This document shows, piece by piece, positions 1 to 8,389 of a DNA stretch of 36,030 bases. The notes below the pieces were generated by a model. It did no database searches and was not told where the DNA came from. It saw nothing but the letters and a program-made list of their open reading frames with translations. The position numbers and the translations under genes are program-made. Each line of letters opens with the position of its first letter. Positions within the stretch are counted from its first letter, which is position 1. Source of the DNA: a virus (lineage: Duplodnaviria; Heunggongvirae; Uroviricota; Caudoviricetes); the IMG/VR virus record IMGVR_UViG_3300042535_000037, positions 1-36,030 of that record; one strand, written 5' to 3'.

Positions 1-53
1 CAATTTTTTTCTTTTGACATTAACCTTTTATACCTTCACTCCTACTTCTATTC

Positions 54-254
54 ATGGCTCTAAGAAAAGAAACCAGAACGTTTGATGGAAGAGTTTTCAA
101 GTTTTTGAAGTACCTGAACATTCGTACCAACAAGAATGTAGACATTGTTGCAGAAAAAGCAAAACTCAAGAGAGCAGGAAAGCTTGTACGTGTCATAACA
201 GTGACCGACAGACAGACAGGATACGTAGAAGGTTATGAAATTTACATCAGATAA
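54..254 (+). CDS. Small basic hypothetical protein (66 aa)
   Basis: ORF with TTTTATA box about 25 nt upstream; no recognised domain. Confidence 0.6.
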   Translation: MALRKETRTFDGRVFKFLKYLNIRTNKNVDIVAEKAKLKRAGKLVRVITVTDRQTGYVEGYEIYIR

Positions 255-313
255 TACCTTCTATAATTTTTTATAACGTTACCTTCATATACTTATTTCC
301 CTTATTTTTAGTC

Positions 314-652
314 ATGCCTAAGCAAAATGGAATAGACTTCAAGTTCAGTGTATTACTAGCTTGTATAGTCTTAGACCTAGTAGACTATCTTGTAGATGCA
401 GTGCAGGCTACAGGTGGTGACATTCCCATATTCGGAGCAGCAGTAGATGTTCTGGGTGGGAGCATTGACCTAATTGCGGTCATTGTTGGTCTGCTATTTT
501 TCGCTAAAATGAAAGCAGGAATTGTAGTTTCTACAATTGCAGTCATTGACCCAATAATAACAGATGCACTTCCTCTGTACACGGTATCGTACCTATTGGC
601 ATCAGGGTTTGACCTTGACTCTGCTAAAATTAAGAAAATAATAGGTGCATAA
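314..652 (+). CDS. Small multi-pass membrane protein (112 aa)
   Basis: Several hydrophobic stretches (FSVLLACIVLDLV, LIAVIVGLLFF); first gene of a tightly packed operon. Confidence 0.7.
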   Translation: MPKQNGIDFKFSVLLACIVLDLVDYLVDAVQATGGDIPIFGAAVDVLGGSIDLIAVIVGLLFFAKMKAGIVVSTIAVIDPIITDALPLYTVSYLLASGFDLDSAKIKKIIGA

Positions 653-654
653 AC

Positions 655-1086
655 ATGAAGCAAAGCGATGCGAACAACATAATTAGAATAATAGCGGTGT
701 TGGGCTTGATAACGTTAATCGTTATCGCTGGACTATACTACGTTCCTGTCTCTGACAAAAAGAACGTAATAGTCACAACTGTAGTGAAAAAACCACTGCT
801 TTCCGATGCTGAAATCATCAGTGTGAAAACAGAAGTCAAGCCCAACACAATATTATCTCAAGCATCCATTCTTTCTATCTTCCAAGATATAACCAAGAGT
901 GGAGAACTTGAAGTAAAAGCACAAATGGGAGACATTTCTTCCTCTGAAATACTCGGAAGAATCTACCGTAACTCTGAAACTACATCAACAATAATACTTT
1001 ATGGAGTATCTGCTGATGTAAATACAGGGCAAGTCACCCTCTACGAAGACAACGTAGTAGTGTCAGAAAAGGTGATTACCTTATGA
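655..1086 (+). CDS. N-terminally anchored membrane protein (143 aa)
   Basis: Hydrophobic N-terminal helix IIRIIAVLGLITLIVIAGLYYV; overlaps the next gene (ATGA). Confidence 0.7.
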   Translation: MKQSDANNIIRIIAVLGLITLIVIAGLYYVPVSDKKNVIVTTVVKKPLLSDAEIISVKTEVKPNTILSQASILSIFQDITKSGELEVKAQMGDISSSEILGRIYRNSETTSTIILYGVSADVNTGQVTLYEDNVVVSEKVITL

Positions 1087-2876
1087 AAAATACTAACATG
1101 GCTCTATTAATACTGCTAATTGCAGTAGCAGCTATAGTGTCTCTACAGGGGAACTTGCTACCAGCTAACGTTCTTGGTAATTCTCAAATAGAGATGCAGC
1201 TTGGAGTAGACTCTGACGTTTCATCCTCATATTGGGTGCTAACGACAGCAGAAACCAAAGTATCATCCACAGATTTCATCTCAAAAACAGATGGTACTCA
1301 ACTTAGTGCAGGCTCTACCTCTGAATCAGGGGAAGGTGTAACAGCAGATGGAGAAGCAGCAAAAGCCGCAATTCAAGCTCAATATTTCTATAACTTGGAT
1401 GCAGGAACCCTTGGCTACACAACTCACATAGTCAAAGACACTACTCCAACTTACATTAACTCTTACACAACAAAGACTACTGCATATGTTCTGAAAAGTA
1501 TCCAGACATCAAAATCTGCAACAGGTATAGACTTCTATACTCCTGCTGAAGAGACTTGGACCTACAATGCTGACTATCAACCATCGGTAGTCATTACTAC
1601 AAATGGACAGGCAAAGACCTATACTGCTCAGAAAATAACCGAAACAGGAAATCTCTACGCGGTAAAGGGAACGGAACCTACTATATTCTTCAAAGAGAAT
1701 GCAATAGCTTCTGAACGTAACACTAACACCCCACCAACTCTAAGTGATTACCTTGCTATAGTTCCATATGGAGAAAACAACTTGTTCTTCATGGATACAT
1801 CAAGCAAATCACCATCTGAAGTTGTAAACTCTTGGAACGCCAAGACAGGAAATGGCTGGTATGTAGATTGGAACAGGAACAACAAGCTTGATGATGCAGA
1901 CAAAACATCTCACACTATGGATGTAGATGACTTCTGTCAGGAACAAGCCTTCACTACTCTACAAACTGGTCTAGGAACCACTACAAAGGTAGATACTCTC
2001 AAAACCTATGAGTACACCAAGATTGCAGATGAATCCAAGTACACAATAGTAGATGACAACACTCTCGCCTACGCTACAGACTTCGTAATCCTTGGTACTT
2101 GGTATATCCCTATTGAGTATGGTAACATTACCATGATTCAACACGTTACTGTACCTGTAATTGGAGATGTGACTCTTCCAAATATGTATGAAGGCGGAAC
2201 TTCCCGTATCCAAGCTATGATTACTAACACTGGCGATGCTGGAAAAATCACAGTACGCCTCAACGGTGTGAACACATCTCATGTGAAAATCAATGATTGG
2301 CAACAGAACCTTAACTTCGAGAAAGGACAAACTCTTCCTGTACTCTTCGAGGTAACAGGTATGGAAGTCAATGGAAACCTTCAGAACTGCCTTACAATCG
2401 AAGCAGAGGGTACTACAGGCGAAATTGCAACTAAGGATATATGCTTCTTCGTTCTGGATACCGATACAGAAGAATACGAATCAAGTCTTCAACATATCGA
2501 AATCACAGCAGTAGACAAGAAGGGCAATGAACTCCCAGATATGACAATAGAAGTATTCGCACAAGATTCTGTACAGAAAGGTGTCTGGTATGGTGAAGTA
2601 CCAGTTGGTCCTCTCTCAGTCAGTGGAGAAAAGAAGTATGATTACAACCCTGTTACAACATCTATAACAATTGAAGAAGGTAAGGAAGACTATCAGTTTG
2701 TGTATGAGCAATTGTATACTGGTTCCAGTACAGCAGACTCTTCAAACACTTACAAGTATCTTGCTTATATCCTGTTAGCGATTGTTGTTATAATGCTGGT
2801 TACAGGAAGCTATTTATACCTCAGTTCCAATAAGAAAGGTACAAGGAGAATCAGAAATGTCAACAAGAAAAGGTAA
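1083..2876 (+). CDS. Type I membrane surface/spike-like protein (597 aa) with signal peptide, Thr-rich beta region, CARDB/Ig-like and PEGA-like domains, and C-terminal TM anchor
   Basis: GGTGA RBS; N-terminal signal; Ig-like IQAMITNTGDAGKITV segment; C-terminal YLAYILLAIVVIMLVTGSYLYL followed by a basic tail; domain names come from motif resemblance only. Confidence 0.7.
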   Translation: MKNTNMALLILLIAVAAIVSLQGNLLPANVLGNSQIEMQLGVDSDVSSSYWVLTTAETKVSSTDFISKTDGTQLSAGSTSESGEGVTADGEAAKAAIQAQYFYNLDAGTLGYTTHIVKDTTPTYINSYTTKTTAYVLKSIQTSKSATGIDFYTPAEETWTYNADYQPSVVITTNGQAKTYTAQKITETGNLYAVKGTEPTIFFKENAIASERNTNTPPTLSDYLAIVPYGENNLFFMDTSSKSPSEVVNSWNAKTGNGWYVDWNRNNKLDDADKTSHTMDVDDFCQEQAFTTLQTGLGTTTKVDTLKTYEYTKIADESKYTIVDDNTLAYATDFVILGTWYIPIEYGNITMIQHVTVPVIGDVTLPNMYEGGTSRIQAMITNTGDAGKITVRLNGVNTSHVKINDWQQNLNFEKGQTLPVLFEVTGMEVNGNLQNCLTIEAEGTTGEIATKDICFFVLDTDTEEYESSLQHIEITAVDKKGNELPDMTIEVFAQDSVQKGVWYGEVPVGPLSVSGEKKYDYNPVTTSITIEEGKEDYQFVYEQLYTGSSTADSSNTYKYLAYILLAIVVIMLVTGSYLYLSSNKKGTRRIRNVNKKR

Positions 2877-4929
2877 AAATGACACTAAAATATACAAGGT
2901 AGGGCTAGGAGCTCTACTTCTTATATTAGCATTAGTCGGAGTAGCATATTACATGTATGTTGACTCTGCTAGTTCATCTTCTTCATCTAATAGCTATGAC
3001 CTAGTTGTAAATACAGATGAAGCTACGGTGGATGCTATACTTAATGAAGATGGTGAAATTATAACACCTACTAATGGAGCAAGTGATAGTGAATCGTATA
3101 AATTCAAGTTAAGTAATGGGGATGAAATTAATGTCGCAGCAAGCGATATTGATATTACAAAACAAGGAATTTTATACATAGTTTGTCCAGTGTTTGATGA
3201 AAACACAAAAATATTCGTGGATGAAAAGTCTGTAAGTGAAGTTCCATATTTAGGTATTTATGATATGGGAACCCATGAAATAAAAGTTACATATGCAGGA
3301 ACTCAAATAAAAGATATAGCAGCAAATGTAGTAGCTGGTGAAGTTCAACAAGTAACTATTTCATTTGATAAAGAAGCTGTAGCTAATTTAATTCCAACTA
3401 CAGGTTCAACAGGTTCAACTTCAGGCACTTCAACAAGCTCGGAAACATCTTCTTCTGTTAATACAGATACTTCTTCAGGTGAACCAGATTTATATCAAGT
3501 GACAATTAATGTTAAACAAGACAACTCATTGGTATACTATAATGGTTTCCAAAAAGGGTATGCTCCACAAGTCATATATATGGAGAAAGGAGAATTAGGT
3601 GCTCTTGATATAACTAACAGTTTATATACAGGAGTGTACCAAAAATCAGTTAAGTACAATGAAGGAAGTATCACTATAGACTTAGACTCTGTAAGCGGAG
3701 TTACTAAAATAAATGATGCAAGTATAGTAGGCGATGGTACAAAAATAGAAGATGTAACAACTACTGACCCAACGTCTGATGATGCTATCCTTGATGATGA
3801 AGAGAGTTTATCTAATCCAGATGAATTTGACAATGATGAAGTAACAATTACTTTCCAATCAAATGTAAAAGGAACCACAGTTAGTTACTATGACATATAT
3901 TCAAATTCTGTAACCTCAAAGATAGGTAGTACCAGCTCTTCAAATCCATCAACTCTAGCTAAGAAGTTTACAATACTTTCAAATAAAGTATGGTATGTAC
4001 AATTCTCTGCAAATGGATATGACTCAAAAGTAGTGACTTTTTCACCTTGGCAAGACCAAACTATTCCAGTAACTCTTGTTAAGGCGGGTTCTACTACTCA
4101 GAGTGGATATTATGATAGAGTATTTGAAATTCGTTCACTGATAGCAGATGCAAATGGTAATAATCTTGTATCAGAAAAAGGAACAATAACTCTGTCTTCA
4201 TCAACACCAATGTACTACAAACCTTCTGGCTCATCTGAATACAAAGAAGCTAAGTCTATAACATTGAATTACGATGCTGGTAAGACTATCCTTGGACAAA
4301 TTCAAACTAAGGCTGGCTCACAAGTTAATTATGTAGTAGAAGGTTCTGGAATAGTAAGGAACACAGGTTCTATATCTATATCAGAAACATCACAGTCTGT
4401 AGCCAAAATATATGTCATTCCAGATTTAGTATATTTCAAATTAAATTCATATAGAATGACTTCAGGCTCTCAGAGTTGGGTGTATAATAGAATTGGTGAA
4501 GTAAGAGCAAGTGACACTAAATTGATGTACCTAGCAGATATACTTGCAACTGTAACATCTGCTGCAAATACAGATGGCGCAAATGTATACATTCAAGTAA
4601 AGGGAGATTCATATACAGGTAAGAGAATATTATTAAATACATATTCATTCTCAAAAATAGACCCTCAGTTGTCATCAAAATCAACATCTATAACCATTAA
4701 TGACAACATGAAGTCTGACTATATATACACACTTGTAGTCTACCCGAAGCAACCTGTATCTTCTGCAACATACTCAAGTGCTGAAATATCTGTGTATCAA
4801 ATAGACCTTAGTGGTGGAAAAATTGTTACTACAGAAGTAATGAAACCACAAATGGTTAGTCTAACAGACTTAACTCAGTATGGTGCAGATTTGCCAACGT
4901 TGGCATCTAAATATGGTTTCAACATGTGA
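2857..4929 (+). CDS. Large N-anchored surface protein with PEGA-like repeats (690 aa)
   Basis: N-terminal TM helix; PEGA-like segments IFVDEKSVSEVPY..GTHEIKVT, VTINVKQDNSLVYYNG..GYAP and ITFQSNVKGTTV; Ser/Thr-rich linker. Confidence 0.7.
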   Translation: MSTRKGKNDTKIYKVGLGALLLILALVGVAYYMYVDSASSSSSSNSYDLVVNTDEATVDAILNEDGEIITPTNGASDSESYKFKLSNGDEINVAASDIDITKQGILYIVCPVFDENTKIFVDEKSVSEVPYLGIYDMGTHEIKVTYAGTQIKDIAANVVAGEVQQVTISFDKEAVANLIPTTGSTGSTSGTSTSSETSSSVNTDTSSGEPDLYQVTINVKQDNSLVYYNGFQKGYAPQVIYMEKGELGALDITNSLYTGVYQKSVKYNEGSITIDLDSVSGVTKINDASIVGDGTKIEDVTTTDPTSDDAILDDEESLSNPDEFDNDEVTITFQSNVKGTTVSYYDIYSNSVTSKIGSTSSSNPSTLAKKFTILSNKVWYVQFSANGYDSKVVTFSPWQDQTIPVTLVKAGSTTQSGYYDRVFEIRSLIADANGNNLVSEKGTITLSSSTPMYYKPSGSSEYKEAKSITLNYDAGKTILGQIQTKAGSQVNYVVEGSGIVRNTGSISISETSQSVAKIYVIPDLVYFKLNSYRMTSGSQSWVYNRIGEVRASDTKLMYLADILATVTSAANTDGANVYIQVKGDSYTGKRILLNTYSFSKIDPQLSSKSTSITINDNMKSDYIYTLVVYPKQPVSSATYSSAEISVYQIDLSGGKIVTTEVMKPQMVSLTDLTQYGADLPTLASKYGFNM

Positions 4930-4937
4930 GGTAAATC

Positions 4938-5705
4938 ATGCCATTTGTAGCAAAAGGAAAATTGGGAAGTACGAGCGGGGAGTTATTTACTCTCCCGTTC
5001 ATTACTTTGTTATCATGTATTTTTCTCATTCTACTTACTGAGGACTACTCCTACAATGTTTTTGCATATATGGTAATCATATACTTGTTATATGCTGCAC
5101 TACAAAGTAAATCATCTGTAGAAAAAAGCCTTGCTAACGTAGGATTTAAGAGAGACAATTTCCCTTACTGTGCTGGTCTTGGTCTCATAGCATCTGTAGT
5201 TTGTATAATAATAGGAAATCTTATATACAGTGAATTTGATTCAACTGCATCTGTATTTGTACCATCGTTTACATTCATGGCTTCATCGGTCACTCCTTCA
5301 GTACTCGTTGGTTTGAATGTAGTATCTCAATATCTAGTGGTTGGTATTTCTGAAGAGTTAGGGTTCACGTACTTTGCATCTTCCCTTTTCAATAAATTTG
5401 TTAATGGTTCCATAATAGCTTACATACTCTCTAGGCTCCTATGGGCTGCAAACCACTATCCTAACTGGTCAGAGTCCAATACTCCCGCCATCATGTATGT
5501 AATTCTGTTTATATGGGGTCTAGTATTCGTTTCACTATACGTACTTACAGGAAATATCTTAACCTCAGTAGTAGCACATGCACACATGAACGCGTTGGTC
5601 ATCCTATCTCAGTCAACAAACATCCTTTACTTGATGGTATTCACTGTAGTATTAGGAATAATTCTAATGACCAACCCTGATAAACTCAAAAGGAAAATAA
5701 GATGA
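4938..5705 (+). CDS. CPBP family (CAAX/Rce1/Abi-like) intramembrane metalloprotease
   Basis: Multi-TM protein with family motifs SEEL (EE), LWAANH (F/WxxxH) and HAHMN (HxxxN). Confidence 0.85.
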   Translation: MPFVAKGKLGSTSGELFTLPFITLLSCIFLILLTEDYSYNVFAYMVIIYLLYAALQSKSSVEKSLANVGFKRDNFPYCAGLGLIASVVCIIIGNLIYSEFDSTASVFVPSFTFMASSVTPSVLVGLNVVSQYLVVGISEELGFTYFASSLFNKFVNGSIIAYILSRLLWAANHYPNWSESNTPAIMYVILFIWGLVFVSLYVLTGNILTSVVAHAHMNALVILSQSTNILYLMVFTVVLGIILMTNPDKLKRKIR

Positions 5706-5857
5706 AAACCAAAACCAAAAAAGTAATTAGAAAGAAGTCCAGAACTACACCCAGAACTCCAATTGACGTTTTCTACGCCAAAAAGGGTTCAGAACAACTT
5801 CTGCTATACATCGCTTTAGCAGTTCTCGTAATTACAGGACTTCTATTATTCGTGTGA
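5702..5857 (+). CDS. Small (51 aa) protein with basic N-terminus and C-terminal TM helix, below the ORF-track cutoff
   Basis: ATGA overlap with the CPBP stop; translates MKTKTKKVIRKKSRTTPRTPIDVFYAKKGSEQLLLYIALAVLVITGLLLFV*. Confidence 0.65.
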   Translation: MKTKTKKVIRKKSRTTPRTPIDVFYAKKGSEQLLLYIALAVLVITGLLLFV

Positions 5858-5894
5858 TGGATACACTTTTATACCATCACATCTTCTTTTCTAT

Positions 5895-6410
5895 ATGCAA
5901 AAAGGTTCAGGCTTCTTTCTATTCGTCTTGATATTTTCATCGGCACTTCTATCACTGACGATTTTCCATGACCCCATTCTTCATGGAGCAATAGCTATGC
6001 TTTATGGATGGCAAATTACCGACTTCAATGTTGGTATCCTAAATGGCTACACATCGATAACTACACTCACTGCAACAACCCTTCAGATGTGGACTTTCTA
6101 CATGTTTCCAGCAGTATTCCTTTGCTCTCTATCATTCATTCTACTCTATCTACATCCGAATAGGCTTACCTTCATATTCGTACTCATCTTATTCATCCTA
6201 AACATTAACTCTCTCAACCCTTATGCTTCAGGGTCAGATGCCTACAAAGCCTCTGAACTTCTCTCAAAAGCACTCCTACCAGCAGAGGCAATACATTTAA
6301 GTATCTTCATATTCTTCGTTCTATTATTCGCTGCAACAGCTTACGTAGTTGTTGAAAACAACACCAATGATGCAAATAAACGCCTAAGAGCGATGAAAAT
6401 CAAGAGGTAA
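5895..6410 (+). CDS. Membrane protein, divergent M50 (site-2 protease)-like
   Basis: HDPILH in a TM helix where HExxH normally sits, and NSLNPYASGSDA resembling the NxxPxxxxDG motif. Confidence 0.45.
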   Translation: MQKGSGFFLFVLIFSSALLSLTIFHDPILHGAIAMLYGWQITDFNVGILNGYTSITTLTATTLQMWTFYMFPAVFLCSLSFILLYLHPNRLTFIFVLILFILNINSLNPYASGSDAYKASELLSKALLPAEAIHLSIFIFFVLLFAATAYVVVENNTNDANKRLRAMKIKR

Positions 6411-6412
6411 CT

Positions 6413-6838
6413 ATGAAAAAAATGATACTCGTATTAATGCTCCTTTTTTCAGTAGGAGCAGCAGCCGCAACAGAAGACACCATTAACACCGAGCTCAACG
6501 AGCTTCTTGTTAATTCACAAACCGCCCTTATGAACCAAGAAGGAACCATGAACTTTAATGTTCAGCTAAACATTGACAATTCCCCATACGGTCTCTACGT
6601 GGTCAATGACCAAGTAACCATCAAGGAAGGAATTGTCAAGGAACCTTACATGGTCATAGACACAACTGAAGAAGACCTTGAAACTACAAACAAGCTTCTT
6701 ACCTCATACAACGAAGACGGCAAACTTTCTATCTTCGAAAAGATGACCCTTTGGAAACTCATGTTGGAATATAACCTTAGCGATGACATAGTAGTCTACG
6801 TTGACAACGAACTTTCCGGCAACCTCAAGATGTGGTAA
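6413..6838 (+). CDS. Secreted acidic hypothetical protein (141 aa)
   Basis: GAGGT RBS; signal peptide MKKMILVLMLLFSVGAAAA. Confidence 0.7.
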   Translation: MKKMILVLMLLFSVGAAAATEDTINTELNELLVNSQTALMNQEGTMNFNVQLNIDNSPYGLYVVNDQVTIKEGIVKEPYMVIDTTEEDLETTNKLLTSYNEDGKLSIFEKMTLWKLMLEYNLSDDIVVYVDNELSGNLKMW

Positions 6839-6980
6839 TTTCACATCTTTCCTTCTTTTTCTGTCTAACCGCACATCGTCAATCTACAAAATCCTTATAT
6901 ACTTCTATGCCAATTTCTAACCTAGAGTGAGCACCAAAAATTAGGTGCTATCTGAGAACAAAACTAAAGGTGAAAAGAAA

Positions 6981-7205
6981 ATGGCAAAATCCCCACTTGA
7001 TTTGAACGGTAATGGTAAGATGGACATGGGCGACATAGTATCTTTCGGTACTTCCCTTATATTCGGTATTGTTGGTCTCTGGCTCGGTCAGTACCTTGGC
7101 ATTGTAGCCGCAATGGACACTATGGCAGCAGCCTACGTGGTCATCTTTGTTGGTATCGGTGGAATCATCGGTGCAACAGTGAAAGGCATGATGAAGAAGA
7201 AATAA
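6981..7205 (+). CDS. Small 2-TM protein (74 aa) with N-terminal DxNxNxxxD Ca-binding-like loop; candidate abundant structural protein
   Basis: GGTGA RBS at 6969-6973 supports ATG 6981 over GTG 6945; TTATATA at 6895-6901; DLNGNGKMDMGD then two hydrophobic helices. Confidence 0.7.
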   Translation: MAKSPLDLNGNGKMDMGDIVSFGTSLIFGIVGLWLGQYLGIVAAMDTMAAAYVVIFVGIGGIIGATVKGMMKKK

Positions 7206-7263
7206 CCTTTCTTCCTTCTTCTTTCTCGATACTTTTTTATTCTATTACTCCCTTTTTCTCTCT

Positions 7264-7626
7264 ATGTCAACTGAACAGCAAAGAGTAGACTATATCATCG
7301 AAGATATAAAAGCTAAAAAGCATCTCCCCAAACTTGATATTGGTATGGCTAGAGAGCTAGTTGTTTTTGGAGAAAATGACTATCCATCCTATCAACGTAT
7401 TCTAGTCTGGAAAGACCTCTACGCAAAGAAAATTAAGAGCGGAAAATACAACTACAACATGGCTGTGAAAGGTCTCGCTACTAACCTTGTTCCTGAAATT
7501 GTCGAAAACTACAGAAAAATCTTCGGAAAATCCTCTGTAGGTCGCCTATCCCTCGAAACTAAAGTAGCAGCAGGCATGGAACTTGAAAACTCAATTCGCA
7601 CCATGATAAAAGAAAATGTCAACTGA
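7264..7626 (+). CDS. Hypothetical protein (120 aa)
   Basis: ORF with the element's typical codon usage; no function assignable. Confidence 0.7.
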   Translation: MSTEQQRVDYIIEDIKAKKHLPKLDIGMARELVVFGENDYPSYQRILVWKDLYAKKIKSGKYNYNMAVKGLATNLVPEIVENYRKIFGKSSVGRLSLETKVAAGMELENSIRTMIKENVN

Positions 7627-7708
7627 ACAAATACAATTCAGGGCAAGAATATGTACTTTCTTGCAATTTCTTTTTCTAATTTGTTTCTTTGTTAGTTTAA
7701 TCTAACAA

Positions 7709-7760
7709 TAAACTTTATATATAATCCCAACGATTACTTATCTTGGTGATTCAAAATGTC
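7709..7760 (+). repeat. 52-bp direct repeat, copy 1 (TATA box + RBS + ATG)
   Basis: TAAACTTTATATATAATCCCAACGATTACTTATCTTGGTGATTCAAAATGTC, identical to 8338-8389. Confidence 0.97.
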
Positions 7761-8340
7761 GTTTTCAACTAAAATAATCTTGATATTTTCTATATACTCA
7801 TTTATAGCATGTGCAGGTTCAGTTGATAATTCTAAGAAGCTGGACTTTACAGCAGCAGGTGACTTATATATTTCAAATAATCCATGTGCTCAAGACCCAA
7901 CCTACTCACAACTAATCTCATTCCTACAAAACGATACAACTGACCAAATTCCATATACTCCAAATGAATTTGTATGCGGAGAATATGCAGTACTTATTCA
8001 TGACAATGCAGAATCCCAAGGAATTAGAGCAGGTGTAGTTAACATTCGTTTCCAAAATGAAACAGTTGGTCACGCTATAAACGTATTCAATACAACAGAC
8101 AATGGAACTATCTACATAGATTGTACTAATGCAGGTCATCTAAACGATGATAAGATTGTAACTCTTTCAATTGGAAATCTATATGAAACAGAATCAATCT
8201 TCAACAAGAGAACAACAACTATAGAGTACAAAAATGTAACATTTATAGATGGCACTACATATACTTTACCAATAATAACTAATTCAGGATATTCATACAA
8301 CTATAATTATACAGTTTCAATGTATACAGAAACATGGTAA
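7756..8340 (+). CDS. Secreted/lipoprotein-like transglutaminase/papain-fold cysteine hydrolase-like protein
   Basis: Hydrophobic N-terminus ending IACAGS; putative triad in FVCGEYA (Cys), GHAIN (His) and YIDCT (Asp). Confidence 0.6.
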   Translation: MSFSTKIILIFSIYSFIACAGSVDNSKKLDFTAAGDLYISNNPCAQDPTYSQLISFLQNDTTDQIPYTPNEFVCGEYAVLIHDNAESQGIRAGVVNIRFQNETVGHAINVFNTTDNGTIYIDCTNAGHLNDDKIVTLSIGNLYETESIFNKRTTTIEYKNVTFIDGTTYTLPIITNSGYSYNYNYTVSMYTETW

Positions 8341-8389
8341 ACTTTATATATAATCCCAACGATTACTTATCTTGGTGATTCAAAATGTC
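8338..8389 (+). repeat. 52-bp direct repeat, copy 2 (TATA box + RBS + ATG)
   Basis: Exact copy of 7709-7760; its first TAA is the stop codon of the upstream gene. Confidence 0.97.

Noticed and set aside
3400-3420. ACAGGTTCA tandem duplication
   Set aside because: Two copies encoding a Thr-Gly-Ser linker; ordinary low-complexity sequence
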